The notes under the pieces are model-generated. The model saw only the letters and a program-made list of their open reading frames with translations. It was not told the DNA's origin and did not search any database. From positions 224,001 to 288,000 of the forward strand of contig CAWCDG010000005.1 in NCBI GenBank assembly GCA_963794325.1: 64,000 bases of DNA, in the 5' to 3' direction. Positions within the stretch are counted from its first letter, which is position 1. Each line of letters starts with the position of its first letter. The DNA is from an uncultured delta proteobacterium. GTDB lineage: Bacteria; Desulfobacterota; Binatia; Binatales; Binataceae. A program made the position numbers and the translations under genes. This document shows, one piece after another, positions 1-10,700 of the stretch.

Positions 1-590
1 TGCCCGAAGAACGGCTCGCCATCGAAGACGAAGGTTGGAACGCCCCAATGGCCCGCCGCCTTATGAGCAGACTGGTTTTGTTCGATCGCGCGCTCGAAGG
101 CTTCAGGGTCCGCGGCGACCTCGCGATCCATTGTTGCGAGATCGAGCCCTGCGCGCTCGGTCGCTCGAGCGAGATGCTCGCCTTGATCCCAACCCGACAC
201 TACTCCGCCCCAGATCAATTTCGAAACTTCGCTGATGAAGGGGAGTCCGCGTCCTTTTTTGCTCGCATCGACGCCCAGCCGCGTCAGGCGATGTATGTAA
301 GGTTGATCAGGAGCGGCTTTCGGAGTGTGATCCACCACGACCGGATCGGGACGCGGCCAGGCAAACGGCAGCTTCAGATACTCGGCAATTCTCGTGGTGT
401 CGCGAAAAAGATACGGGCCGAACATCGGATCGACGCGCTGGAAAAAAGATGCGTCGCGAACTGCCAGCGGATAGACCGGTCGCACCTGGAACTCCACGTC
501 ATACTCAGCCTCGATCTCGACCACGCGCGGCACGGCGAGATATGAGTACGGGCTCCTGAACGACCAGAACAAATCAACCTGCAAGCTCAT
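1..590 (-). CDS. 2-hydroxychromene-2-carboxylate isomerase / DsbA-like (GST kappa) protein, 3' end beyond window
   Basis: Not in the ORF track. Manual translation from ATG at 590 gives MSLQVDLFWSFRSPYSYLA...GHWGVPTFVFDGEPFFG, with the family motifs SPYSY and GVPTF..GE.F.G. Confidence 0.85.
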   Translation of the reverse strand, partial: MSLQVDLFWSFRSPYSYLAVPRVVEIEAEYDVEFQVRPVYPLAVRDASFFQRVDPMFGPYLFRDTTRIAEYLKLPFAWPRPDPVVVDHTPKAAPDQPYIHRLTRLGVDASKKGRGLPFISEVSKLIWGGVVSGWDQGEHLARATERAGLDLATMDREVAADPEAFERAIEQNQSAHKAAGHWGVPTFVFDGEPFFG

Positions 591-635
591 TCGAAAGCTC
601 CATTGCGTCGGACTCGTTTTGAAAAGCCAAGCAGA

Positions 636-1682
636 CTACCTGCCTGACTTCAGCACCGGCAAAACCTCTTTGGTGAACAATCCGAGGGCTTGCATCTGGT
701 CGGAGGGCGCTACGTCAGCACCGGGTCCAACGACGATCAAATGATCGAGGCCAAGTTTCAGCAACTCCTCGAAGCGCCTGATGCAATGATCTGGAGCGCC
801 TGCGATGGCGAACCGATCGACGAATGCGTCGTCGAGGAATTGCGCGTGACCGGCGTCTCCGCGCGCGTGGCGGGACATATCGTAGGTCTCACCAATCTTC
901 TGCGCGACCGCGCGGTCCGCGGGACGCATCCCCTCCGTGGCACTGCCCGACATCCCGGAGAAGTGGGCGATCGTGCCAACGGTTCCGCGCGACATCGCAC
1001 GCGCACGCGCGACATCGCGATCCACTACCACATTTAGAAAGGCGCCGAGCTTCAGCGTCGAAGGATCCAGTCCAGCCTGCTTCCGCGCCTGCCGCGCGTG
1101 ATCGGCAGCCCAGGCAATGCGTTCCGGATCGGCGCCCACCGCAAAGCTTAGTGAATCGGCGAGCGTAGCGCCGACCTCGATCACGCGAGGCCCGGTAGCG
1201 GCGACATCTACCGGCACCTTGGGCAGACCACCGCGCGCGATCCACTCATTACGGCTCTGGAAGCCGTTGTCGAGCGTGACCTGCTCGCCACGGAGGAAGC
1301 CTTGCACTTGCGAAATGTAGCGCGCGAAATTTTTGCTCGACGGCGCGCGCTCACCAATCTTGGCGACGGCGGAATCACCGCGGCCGATTCCGAGTACCGC
1401 ACGGCCGCCGGACTCCGCCTGCACGGTTGCGATCGCGGAAGCGGTCACCGCTGGATGACGAGTGACCGGATTCGTCACCGCGGTGCGCAGCTTCAGATGC
1501 CTGGTAGCGTGAGCCGCGAGACACAATTCCGAGTATGGATCCGCCGCAAGATTTTGAGTGTCGACAATCCCGATACCATCGAAGCCGCTTTCCTCGACCA
1601 TCCGCGCCATCTGCACAAAAGCTCCGGGAATCGGAAAGGTAATCATCCATATCTCAGGGCTGCTCTTAGTCATCAGAATCAA
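636..1682 (-). CDS. LLM-class flavin/F420-dependent oxidoreductase (Mer-like)
   Basis: Motifs TAVTNPVTRHP, GRAVLGIGRGDS, VAATGPR are typical of luciferase-like monooxygenases. Confidence 0.85.
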   Translation of the reverse strand: MILMTKSSPEIWMITFPIPGAFVQMARMVEESGFDGIGIVDTQNLAADPYSELCLAAHATRHLKLRTAVTNPVTRHPAVTASAIATVQAESGGRAVLGIGRGDSAVAKIGERAPSSKNFARYISQVQGFLRGEQVTLDNGFQSRNEWIARGGLPKVPVDVAATGPRVIEVGATLADSLSFAVGADPERIAWAADHARQARKQAGLDPSTLKLGAFLNVVVDRDVARARAMSRGTVGTIAHFSGMSGSATEGMRPADRAVAQKIGETYDMSRHARGDAGHAQFLDDAFVDRFAIAGAPDHCIRRFEELLKLGLDHLIVVGPGADVAPSDQMQALGLFTKEVLPVLKSGR

Positions 1683-1748
1683 CCCCGCCGAATGGAGAGG
1701 AGGAAAGGCTGGCTCAGCCCGTCGCCGAGCCGCCTACGATGTTTCCGC

Positions 1749-2015
1749 TTAGTAACCCTTCTCGGGAACGATCGTGTTTTTGTTGGTGTCGTGCTCCGCA
1801 CTGCCGCCGCAGGCTGCGACTTTGTCCGCCGAGGAATTCAAGTTCGCTGCAATCTGAGCATCGGTCTGTCCAGCCGACCTCTGCGTTTTCACAACATTAC
1901 AATCGACGGGATCGTTCGACGTAGAAAACGTCGAGCATCCGGAAAATCCTACGGCCACGACTAACAGCGCCGATGCGGTTGAGATCCAAAGTCCGTTGCG
2001 TTCTTTTCGCTGCAT
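1749..2015 (-). CDS. small predicted lipoprotein (88 aa)
   Basis: GGGAGG RBS before ATG at 2015; basic N-terminus, hydrophobic stretch, lipobox FSG-C; two further Cys. Confidence 0.7.
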   Translation of the reverse strand: MQRKERNGLWISTASALLVVAVGFSGCSTFSTSNDPVDCNVVKTQRSAGQTDAQIAANLNSSADKVAACGGSAEHDTNKNTIVPEKGY

Positions 2016-2160
2016 TATTTTCCTCCCGGCTAAATCGCGATCCTTGTTCGAGTTCCCCAGATATCCGATCCCCACGTTCAGCATGAGGCATTCTTACCAC
2101 TTGTCGTCAAAATTCGATAGCAATGAAAGGTCCGCGCAACCCGGCGCAGCCGGCGGATAT

Positions 2161-3147
2161 TTATGCGGCGGTGGGGGCTGATTTCAACCGCAGAATCGTG
2201 TCGTCGGGAGTCAGCTTGACCATCGACGCGCTCGACTCCCACAACTCCGTCGCCATCGCAGGATCGTACGAGTCTTTCGAAGACGGGACGTCGCGCAAGC
2301 CCTGGAAGTATTTTCCCGAGATGCGCTCGAATCTGGGATCGGTAACCATGCTAGCGAGCGAGCGGCCCGATCGTCCGACACTGTTCACGTTCGGCACGAA
2401 TGGGCGCAGCGCCGGCAGCACGAAGCGCCATGCGAATCGCGCGAAACTGCCGTAATCTCGCGCGAGCCCGGTCCCCGGCATCAGGCCAGGATCGAACGCA
2501 TTGACGGTAATCGAGCGGCCATTCGAACCGACCCTCTTTTCGGCGCGCAGCCTGCGATCGAGTTCGTAAGTGAACAGGACGTTGCACAACTTCGACGTGG
2601 TGTATGCGCGCCGGCCCGCCGTTCCATTGGGATCATCGAGAGGTTTGGAATCTTGATCGGGACGTGCGATGAGTCGAGCGGATTTGTACACCGGCGGCGG
2701 CATTCCGGTCGTCTGAGCGGGATCGTGAGTACCACTGCTCACGACGACAATCCGTGCCGGCGGCGCCATCTGCGCGAGCATCAGGTTCACCAACAGAAAA
2801 TGCCCGAGATGGTTGACGGCGAACGTCGTCTCGAAGCCGTCGTCAGTATAGGTCCTGCCGCTCACGATTTGCGTCGCTGCATTGCAAACCAGCGCTCGCA
2901 GCGCAGGGCGCGGTTCAGTGGCGTAGTCCCGCGCAAAATTGCGCACCGATTCGAGCGAAGCGAGGTCGAGCGTCATCGCTTCGATCTCCTGCTGCCCCGT
3001 CTGCTCAATCAGATGCTGGACCGCCTCGCGACCTTTTTCGGGGCTGCGGCAAGCGACGATTACGTGCCAGTCGCGCGTCTCGGCGAGCGCTCGCGCGCAT
3101 TCGAAGCCCAAGCCGGTATTGGCACCCGTCACGATGGCGGTGTTCAT
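2161..3147 (-). CDS. SDR family oxidoreductase (retinol dehydrogenase / protochlorophyllide reductase-like subgroup)
   Basis: TGANTGLG, NAA, TFAVNHLGHF and catalytic YTTSK. Confidence 0.9.
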   Translation of the reverse strand: MNTAIVTGANTGLGFECARALAETRDWHVIVACRSPEKGREAVQHLIEQTGQQEIEAMTLDLASLESVRNFARDYATEPRPALRALVCNAATQIVSGRTYTDDGFETTFAVNHLGHFLLVNLMLAQMAPPARIVVVSSGTHDPAQTTGMPPPVYKSARLIARPDQDSKPLDDPNGTAGRRAYTTSKLCNVLFTYELDRRLRAEKRVGSNGRSITVNAFDPGLMPGTGLARDYGSFARFAWRFVLPALRPFVPNVNSVGRSGRSLASMVTDPRFERISGKYFQGLRDVPSSKDSYDPAMATELWESSASMVKLTPDDTILRLKSAPTAA

Positions 3148-3265
3148 GTGCGGCGATAATTACATTCTCGCAAACCTGATGGGAGTGGGGCCGCGACGGC
3201 CATCAACAAGATGAGAGCCCGACGGGTTGCGTCCGCGCGCGCTAAGATGGGAAATTTATCGTTCG

Positions 3266-4393
3266 ATGAGCATCGAAAGACAACGCCCCACTGTCGCCGA
3301 GATCGACCTCCGCGCGCTGCGCTCCAACTTTCGCGCACTGCGGGCGGTGGCCTCGCACGGCGAGTTGATGGTGGTGGTCAAGGCCGACGCTTACGGGCAT
3401 GGCGCGGTGACGGTCGCCCGCACGCTGCTCGACGAAGGATGCCGTCATTTCGGAGTCGCCACGCTCGACGAGGGGCGCGAGCTGCGCGAGGCGGGAATTC
3501 GGGCGCGGGTGTATTTGCAAGCGGGCTTCTTCGCGGAGCAAGTGGCGGAGATCGTTGCCCTCGATCTGACGCCGTTCGTTTTCGAAGCCGGGATGATCGG
3601 AATGCTCGACCGCGCATCAGCGTCGGCCGGACGCAAAGATTTTCCGATTCATATCAAAGTCGACAGCGGCGCGACACGCCTCGGCGTGCTGCCAGCGGAC
3701 ATTCCGGCTGTGATTGAGGCGATAAGAAGCGCGTCGGCCGCGCGCCTCGAGGGCGTCTGCACGCTGCTCGCCAATGCCGGCGATCCGAAAAGTCCGATCA
3801 CGGATGCGCAGCTCCGCGTATTCAACCAGACCCTCGACACGCTGAACGCGGCCGGCATGAAGCCTCAGATCATTCATGTCGCAAACTCGGCGGCGCTGGT
3901 GCTGCGATTCGACTCGCACTTCAACCTCGCACGGCCCGGGCTGGCCATCTACGGACTGCCGCCGGTAGCTGCGGTCCGCGAGCGCGTCGAGTTGCAGCCG
4001 GTGATGACTTTCAAGACGCGGCTGATGCAAATCAAGCGCGCGCCCGCTGGCAGCGGCGTCGGCTATGGGCATACATTCGTCGCGCCGCGCGAGAGCCTGA
4101 TAGGCGTGCTGCCGGTGGGTTACGCCGACGGTTACCGGAGGGGACTACAGCATGGCGGCGAAGTGATTGTGCGCGGCGCGCGCGCACCGGTGGTCGGCGC
4201 GGTGTCGATGGATCTGACGACGATCGACGTTACCGACATAGCAGGCGCGTCGGTCGGCGATGAGGTAATCTTGTGGGGCGAATCCGGCGGCGAGGTCATT
4301 AGTGTAAACGACGTCGCGCGGCTGGCGCAGACAATTTCATACGAGATGCTATGCACGGTCGGCAAACGAGTGCCGCGTGTGACTCGGAATTAG
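3266..4393 (+). CDS. alr: alanine racemase
   Basis: PLP-lysine motif VVKADAYGHG, plus GYADG and SMD; start taken at ATG 3266 (MSIER). Confidence 0.95.
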   Translation: MSIERQRPTVAEIDLRALRSNFRALRAVASHGELMVVVKADAYGHGAVTVARTLLDEGCRHFGVATLDEGRELREAGIRARVYLQAGFFAEQVAEIVALDLTPFVFEAGMIGMLDRASASAGRKDFPIHIKVDSGATRLGVLPADIPAVIEAIRSASAARLEGVCTLLANAGDPKSPITDAQLRVFNQTLDTLNAAGMKPQIIHVANSAALVLRFDSHFNLARPGLAIYGLPPVAAVRERVELQPVMTFKTRLMQIKRAPAGSGVGYGHTFVAPRESLIGVLPVGYADGYRRGLQHGGEVIVRGARAPVVGAVSMDLTTIDVTDIAGASVGDEVILWGESGGEVISVNDVARLAQTISYEMLCTVGKRVPRVTRN

Positions 4394-5968
4394 ATGGCGA
4401 CAATCAACGACAAGATCACGATCAGGCGTGCACTGATAGGCGTCGCCGACAAGGCCGGTGTCGCGGACTTCGCCAAAGCACTGGTGCGCCACGGCGTCGA
4501 AATCGTATCGACGGGCGGTACGATGGCGGCTCTGGAAGCGGCTGGCGTCAAGGTGAGGTCGGTTGAGAATTTCACCGGCTCGCCCGAGATGCTCGATGGC
4601 CGGGTGAAGACGCTGCATCCGAAGATTCACGGCGGCATCCTCGCCCGGCGCGGTGAGGAGAGCCATCAGCGTCAAATGCTTCAACATGAAATCGAGCCGA
4701 TCGACTTGGTGGTCGTGAATTTCTATCCGTTCGAGAAGACGGTCGCGAAGCCCGGCGTGAGTCTCGACGATGCAATCGAAAATATCGACATCGGCGGACC
4801 TACGCTGGTGCGCGCGGCGGCGAAGAATTATGGCGATGTCACAGTCGTCGTTGATGCGGCCGACTACGCCACGATCGTCGCGGAACTCGACGCGAACAAG
4901 GGCGCGATGACGGCGAACACGCGATGGCGGCTGGCGCGCAAGGCATTCGCGCGGGTGACGGCGTACGACGCGGCAATCTCAAATTATCTCGGCACGCATT
5001 CGGGAGACGGCGACAAGACTAGTCTCGGCGAGACGTTCAGCCTCGCGCTCGAGCGCGAACAGGCGCTGCGCTACGGCGAGAATCCGCATCAGTCGGGCGC
5101 ACTCTACGGGCGCTTCCTGGAAATCACGCATCAGCTTCACGGCAAGGAGCTGTCGTTCAACAACGTCGTCGATATCAGCTCGGCGATGAACCTGATGCTC
5201 GAATTCGAGGACGAGCGGCGCGCAGTCGTCGCGATCCTCAAGCACAACACGCCGTGCGGCGTCGGCATCGCGGACACGCTCAAAGGCGCGTGGGACAAGG
5301 CGTTCGCAACCGACCCGGATTCGCCGTTCGGCGGCATCATCATTGCGAACCGCCCGTGGGACATGGAGTTCGCGCGCGCTGTCGATGAGCTGTTCACCGA
5401 AGTGCTGATCGGTCCCGCGTATCCTGAGGATGTGATCGCGTTCCTGCGCAAGAAAAAGAATCGGCGCGTGATGACGTTCGATTTGAAGGCGGTGGATCGC
5501 GGCGAGCTCGACGTCAAGAAGGTGCTCGGCGGATTGCTGGTGCAGACGCCGGACCTGGCGATCGAGGATCCGCGCAAGGGCAAAATCGTGACGCGGCGCG
5601 CGCCCACTGACGCCGAGATGCGCGCGCTCACCTTCGGAGTCAAGGTCTGCAAGCACATCAAGTCTAATGCGATCGCGTTCGTTGCCGAGGATCGCACGCT
5701 GGCGGTTGGCGGCGGCGCGACCTCGCGAATCGATCCGGTGTACGCAGCGCGCGAGAAGGCCGCGCGACTCAAGGTCCGGCTCGAAGGTTCGGTGCTGGTG
5801 TCGGAAGCGCTGTTTCCGTTTCCGGACGGCCCAACCCTCGCGGCCGAGGCGGGCGCGACGGCGATCGCACAGCCCGGTGGCGCCGTACGCGACGACAAAG
5901 TGATCGAAGCCGCCGACAAGTTCGGCCTCGCCATGGTCTTCACCGGCGTGCGTCACTTCAGGCATTAG
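4394..5968 (+). CDS. purH: bifunctional AICAR transformylase / IMP cyclohydrolase
   Basis: GRVKTLHPKIHGGIL, IDIGGPT, LRYGENPHQ, C-terminal RHFRH. Confidence 0.97.
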   Translation: MATINDKITIRRALIGVADKAGVADFAKALVRHGVEIVSTGGTMAALEAAGVKVRSVENFTGSPEMLDGRVKTLHPKIHGGILARRGEESHQRQMLQHEIEPIDLVVVNFYPFEKTVAKPGVSLDDAIENIDIGGPTLVRAAAKNYGDVTVVVDAADYATIVAELDANKGAMTANTRWRLARKAFARVTAYDAAISNYLGTHSGDGDKTSLGETFSLALEREQALRYGENPHQSGALYGRFLEITHQLHGKELSFNNVVDISSAMNLMLEFEDERRAVVAILKHNTPCGVGIADTLKGAWDKAFATDPDSPFGGIIIANRPWDMEFARAVDELFTEVLIGPAYPEDVIAFLRKKKNRRVMTFDLKAVDRGELDVKKVLGGLLVQTPDLAIEDPRKGKIVTRRAPTDAEMRALTFGVKVCKHIKSNAIAFVAEDRTLAVGGGATSRIDPVYAAREKAARLKVRLEGSVLVSEALFPFPDGPTLAAEAGATAIAQPGGAVRDDKVIEAADKFGLAMVFTGVRHFRH

Positions 5969-5975
5969 CAGCACG

Positions 5976-7289
5976 ATGAAGGTGCTGGTCATAGGAAAAG
6001 GTGGGCGCGAACACGCGCTGGTTTGGCGGCTCCATCAGAGCGAGACGGTCTGGAAGATTTTCTGCGCGAGCGGAAATCCAGGCATCGATCAGATTGCGGA
6101 ACCGGTACCGATCGCGCCGACCGATGTCGCGGCGCTCGTGGAATTTGCAAAATCAAAATCCGTCGACCTGACCATAGTTGGTCCGGAAGATCCGCTCGCC
6201 GCCGGGATCGTCGATCAGTTCACGCGTGCTGGTCTGAAAATATTTGGGCCGACAGCGGCCGCATCGCAGCTCGAAACGAGCAAGTCGTTCGCGAAAGCAA
6301 TCATGCGCGAGGGCGGCGTGCCAACTGCCGACTTCGCCGCTTTCGACGATGCTGAATCCGCGCGGCGCTACGTGAAGGCGCGCACCGGCTCGATGGTGGT
6401 CAAGGCGGACGGACTCGCGCTCGGAAAAGGCGTCACGGTTTGCCACGACACGACCACGGCTCTGGAAGCCATCACAGATGCGATGGAGCGGCGGCGGTTC
6501 GGAGCCGCGGGCAGTCGAGTGATCGTCGAGGAGTTTCTGACCGGCGAGGAAATTTCATTCTTTGCGCTGTGCGACGGCGAGAACGCGATCCCGCTCGGCA
6601 CCTTCCAGGATCACAAGGCGATTTTCGACGGCGATCGCGGCCCCAACACCGGCGGGATGGGCGCATATTCGCCAGTCCCGCAATTCGGGCCCGAGATGGA
6701 AGCGCGCACGATGCGCGAAGTGATCTTGCCAACACTTGGCGCGATGAACGCGCGCGGGACTCCGTTTCGCGGAATGCTGTATGCAGGTTTGATGACCGAC
6801 GGCGAACGAATCAATGTGATCGAATTCAACGTCCGCTTCGGCGATCCGGAATGCGAACCTCAGATGATGCGGTTGGACAGCGACCTGGCGGAGATCCTGC
6901 TCGCTGCTGTTGAAGGCAAAGTGGCGAATGCCGCGGTCCGGCTGTCGCCGCGCAGTGCGGTCGCGGTCGTGCTCGCGTCGGGCGGATATCCGGGCGAATA
7001 CAAAAAGGGCATCGCGATTCACGGGCTGGACCGGCTCGAAGGCAACGTCCCGTCGGACATCAAGATAAAATGGGCGATGAAAAAGATTCGCGTGAAGGTT
7101 TTCCATTCGGGCACTGCGATGCGCGACGGACAGTTGGTGACTGATGGCGGGCGCGTGTTGACGGTGACCGCGATGGCGCCGGAGCTGGCGACGGCAGTCG
7201 ATGCGGCATACGAAGCGGCGGAAATGATCGAGTTCGAGGGACGTCACTTCCGCCGCGACATTGCGCGCCGCGCGCTCGGCCACTCGTGA
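5976..7289 (+). CDS. purD: phosphoribosylamine--glycine ligase
   Basis: GGREHAL, KADGLALGKGV, GPNTGGMGAY, EFNVRFGDPE. Confidence 0.97.
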   Translation: MKVLVIGKGGREHALVWRLHQSETVWKIFCASGNPGIDQIAEPVPIAPTDVAALVEFAKSKSVDLTIVGPEDPLAAGIVDQFTRAGLKIFGPTAAASQLETSKSFAKAIMREGGVPTADFAAFDDAESARRYVKARTGSMVVKADGLALGKGVTVCHDTTTALEAITDAMERRRFGAAGSRVIVEEFLTGEEISFFALCDGENAIPLGTFQDHKAIFDGDRGPNTGGMGAYSPVPQFGPEMEARTMREVILPTLGAMNARGTPFRGMLYAGLMTDGERINVIEFNVRFGDPECEPQMMRLDSDLAEILLAAVEGKVANAAVRLSPRSAVAVVLASGGYPGEYKKGIAIHGLDRLEGNVPSDIKIKWAMKKIRVKVFHSGTAMRDGQLVTDGGRVLTVTAMAPELATAVDAAYEAAEMIEFEGRHFRRDIARRALGHS

Positions 7290-7894
7290 TGTTTCGGCTC
7301 GAAGACGGAATTGCCGCCTTGCAAGCCGGCGAGCTGGTCGTCTATCCAACTGAAACGTTCTATGCGATCGGTGCTGACGCGTTTTCATCGACCGCACTGC
7401 GGCGACTGTTTATGGTGAAGGGACGCGAACCCGGGCGGCCCGTTGGATTGATCGCAGCTGACGCCGCGATGGCATTTTCAGTGGCGCGTGAAATACCGAT
7501 CGATGCGCGGCGGCTCGCCGACGCGTTCTGGCCGGGACCGCTGACTCTCGTGTTGCCGGCTCGCGACGACATCGCGCCGGAGCTGGCTGGAGCAGACGGC
7601 GTCGGCGTGCGGGTATCTCCAAATCCCGTCGCGCGCTCACTCAGCGCGGGAATCGGGAAACCGATCACCGCGACCAGCGCAAACCTGAGCGGAGCACCTC
7701 CGGCGAGCACGCTCGCGGAAGCGCGCGCGGCGTTCGGCGCAAAAGTTAAAGTATACCTTGAAGGTGGGAAATTGATGGCGTCGGCGCCGAGCACGGTCGT
7801 TGCCGTCAGCGGGAGCGGATGGAAAATGGTGAGAGTTGGAGCGATTTCGCTAAGTCAGATCGCAATCGCGCTGGCGGGGGACGCGTTGAAATGA
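7286..7894 (+). CDS. tsaC: L-threonylcarbamoyladenylate synthase (Sua5/YrdC)
   Basis: YPTETFYAIG, FWPGPLTLV, TSANLSG. Confidence 0.9.
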   Translation: MMFRLEDGIAALQAGELVVYPTETFYAIGADAFSSTALRRLFMVKGREPGRPVGLIAADAAMAFSVAREIPIDARRLADAFWPGPLTLVLPARDDIAPELAGADGVGVRVSPNPVARSLSAGIGKPITATSANLSGAPPASTLAEARAAFGAKVKVYLEGGKLMASAPSTVVAVSGSGWKMVRVGAISLSQIAIALAGDALK

Positions 7895-9187
7895 GCGGGC
7901 TCGGCAAACGGATCGAGCCCTTGCGCGCGCTGATGTACAACCGTCAAATCGCCGGCGAGCCGGCACTCGTCGTGGCGCCGCCTTACGATCTGATCGGTGC
8001 CGCGCGTCAGAATCAACTATACGAGCGCAGTCCGTACAACGTCGTGCGGCTCGAACTCGCGCGCGAGACGGACCGTTATGGCGCGGCGGAGAAAACGCTC
8101 GCGGATTGGATGGCGACGAGCGTCCTTGAACGGCCGGCGCGGCCTGCCATTTTTCAATACACGCAGACTTTCGACGTCGAGGGGCGGCTGCTGCATCGCA
8201 CCGGATTCATCGCGCGCGTTCGGCTCGAGGAGTTCGATCGCGGACGCATCCTCCCGCACGAGAAAACTTTTCCAGCCGCCAAAGAAGACCGCCTTCGCCT
8301 GCTGACCGCGCTGCAGGTCAACACGAGCTCGATCTTCGGTCTGTACTCAGGCATCCATCCTGAGATCGATCGATTGCGCGATCAGGTCGCTGCGCGCGAG
8401 CCGCTGATCGATCTGGTCGATGACCTTGGAATCCGCAATGAGCTGCGGCCGATCGAGGCGGACGACGAAATCGCGATCATTCAGCGCGAACTCGAATCGC
8501 CGCGCATCCTGATCGCCGACGGACACCATCGCTACGAGACTGCGCTGAACTATCGCCGCGCGCGGCGCCACGAGAATGCTTCCAACGAACCGGCGCCATA
8601 CGACTATACGATGATGACGTTGGTCGCGTGCGACGATCCCGGGCTGGTGATTCTGCCGACGCATCGGGTTGTAAAGTCGCTGCCCGTCTGCCGCGATTAC
8701 GTCGTTTGCGCAACGTGCGCGCGAAGTGTTCGAGGTCGACGAGATCACTCATCGCGATGAGTTTCGCACGCGCCTGAATGATTCGGGCCCCGGCGCGATC
8801 GGCGTATCGCTCAAGGGGAGTCCGCATTACTTTCTTCTGCGACTCCGCGATGCAGCAGCGATGAAGTCCGCGAGGCCTGAGGCGCCGGACGAGGTTCGGC
8901 GCCTCGACGTGTCCGTTCTGCACGCGCTGGTGTTCGACCGAATCTTCGGGCTGCGCGACGACGAAATTCGCAAGGGCGGAAACATCGAATACACGATCGA
9001 GATTGGCGGCGCGCTCGGCGCCGTGGCGCAGGGGCATGCCGACGGCGCGTTCCTGATGAATCCGCCGTCGATTCAGGATGTCGAGCGGGTGAGCGATGCG
9101 GGCGCTACGATGCCCGAGAAGTCGACCTACTTCCATCCCAAGTTGCTGACGGGCCTCGTGATGAATCCGCTGTTCGACGACCAATGA
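7891..9187 (+). CDS. DUF1015 family protein, split by a +1 frameshift near 8683-8685
   Basis: PPYD, PHEKT, IADGHHRYETA and PTHR are in ORF 7819..8760; MPEKSTYFHPK is in ORF 8726..9187. Removing one C from CCC joins them (KSLPSAAITSFAQRAREVFE). Confidence 0.85.
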
Positions 9188-9804
9188 TTCGCACTGGGCG
9201 GTTGATCCTCGTGCGCCACGGCGAGACTGAGGGCGAGTCGAGCATCAGGTATCACGGCCGCACCGACGTGGCATTGTCGGAACCCGGACGCGCGCAGATG
9301 CGCCTTGCGCGCCGCGCGATCGAGACGCGTCACGGGGTCAAAACTTACGCCCAGGTTTTTTCGAGTCCGCTGATTCGCGCGTCCGAAGGCGCGCGCATCG
9401 TATCAGGCGATTCGTCCCCGCTGGTCACAATCGATGAGTTCGCCGAAGTGCACTTCGGATTGTTCGAGGGACTCACGGCAGATGAGATTCGCGAGCGCTA
9501 CCCCGACGAGTTCGCGCGATGGAACGCTGATCGACTCGCGCCGACCTACACCTATCCCGAGGGCGAGAGCCGCGCCGACTTTACCAATCGCGTCGAGCGT
9601 GGCCTGGAACGCATGCTGACCATGTGGACGCCGCGCGATCGCGAAGCGCTGTTGGTGGCGCATCGCGGGGTGATTCGGGCAATTGTGCGAAAGCTCACCA
9701 ATCATGAGCCCGTGGTGGAGCTTGGATCGATTCACATTCTGCGCTTCGACGGCGGCTGGCAAGCTTACCTGCTCGATCTGATCGATCATCTCGACAACAC
9801 CTGA
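9184..9804 (+). CDS. histidine phosphatase family protein
   Basis: LVRHGET, SSPLIRA, E..FG..EG, PEGES, VAHRGVI. Confidence 0.9.
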   Translation: MIRTGRLILVRHGETEGESSIRYHGRTDVALSEPGRAQMRLARRAIETRHGVKTYAQVFSSPLIRASEGARIVSGDSSPLVTIDEFAEVHFGLFEGLTADEIRERYPDEFARWNADRLAPTYTYPEGESRADFTNRVERGLERMLTMWTPRDREALLVAHRGVIRAIVRKLTNHEPVVELGSIHILRFDGGWQAYLLDLIDHLDNT

Positions 9805-9807
9805 ATT

Positions 9808-10585
9808 TCACACGCGGCGAAGAACTCCTGTCCATCGGTAGCGGCATCTGTCGAGCGGTTTGGTGAACGACAGGTCGCAATACACGGCGGCCATTTTGAA
9901 CATCCCGGACGCCAGCGCTGCGAGTTCCAGAATCGACGGAGTCGTGTAACGCACTGGAATCAGGTCGCGTGTCATCACCGGCCCGGTGGGAAAATTGATA
10001 GTGCATTCGAGTTCGTAGATCGAGTGAAGCGGCGAATGCCACGCGATCGGTCGATGGAACTCCCTGATACCGAGTGCGACGCCGGCGGCGCTCGCGGTAC
10101 GCTCTCGCCACATCGTGCGCTGCGACACGCGCGCCATCGGATCCTGACGATCGATATCGATGCAGTACAGACCGCCGCGCTTGAGCGCACGGCCGACGGA
10201 TTTGAGATGCGACAGCAGTTCGGCGTTCTCGACGATCACCGGAAATGTTTCGGACATGAAGATTGCGACATCGAATGGGCGCTCGGGCAGCGCTGAACTT
10301 CTCGATCGGCCGCCGGTAAAAGCGAAGGTTCGCGTTCGCCTTGCGGCGCCCTGCCGCGATCATCGTGGGTGAGCGATCGATTCCGACGACCTCGAATCCA
10401 TCTTCAGCCAGCAGGCGGCCGTGAGGCGAGTCGCCGCACGCTATGTCGAGGATGCGGCGCGTCGAACCTTTGCGATGCCGCTTCCAAACCTGCTGTAGAA
10501 AAATGACTTCGGCTGGAATCTCGCCGGGACTTTCCAAATGCGCGCGCCGAAAAATGTCGGGATACAGATAAATGCTCGGTTCCAT
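9808..10585 (-). CDS. class I SAM-dependent methyltransferase, frameshifted near 10290
   Basis: ILDIACG and GIDRSPTM are in the 5' ORF; removing one base restores LPERPFDVAIFMSET...LKRGGLY in ORF 9808..10257. Confidence 0.75.
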
Positions 10586-10700
10586 CGGCGATGAGCGTAC
10601 AAGCGGCGCGCGCGGGAATCGACGCTTGAGATTTTGCGGCGAACGGCGGGATAATGCGCGCCTCTACAGTTCCTGAACGATCGTTTGGGAGAAAACCGCG

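Noticed and set aside
48-545. Plus-strand 165-aa ORF
   Set aside because: It is the antisense shadow of the DsbA-like gene on the minus strand (1-590).
2161-3147. Light-dependent protochlorophyllide reductase
   Set aside because: Same SDR subgroup, but the catalytic motif is YTTSK rather than YKDSK and there are no pigment genes nearby.
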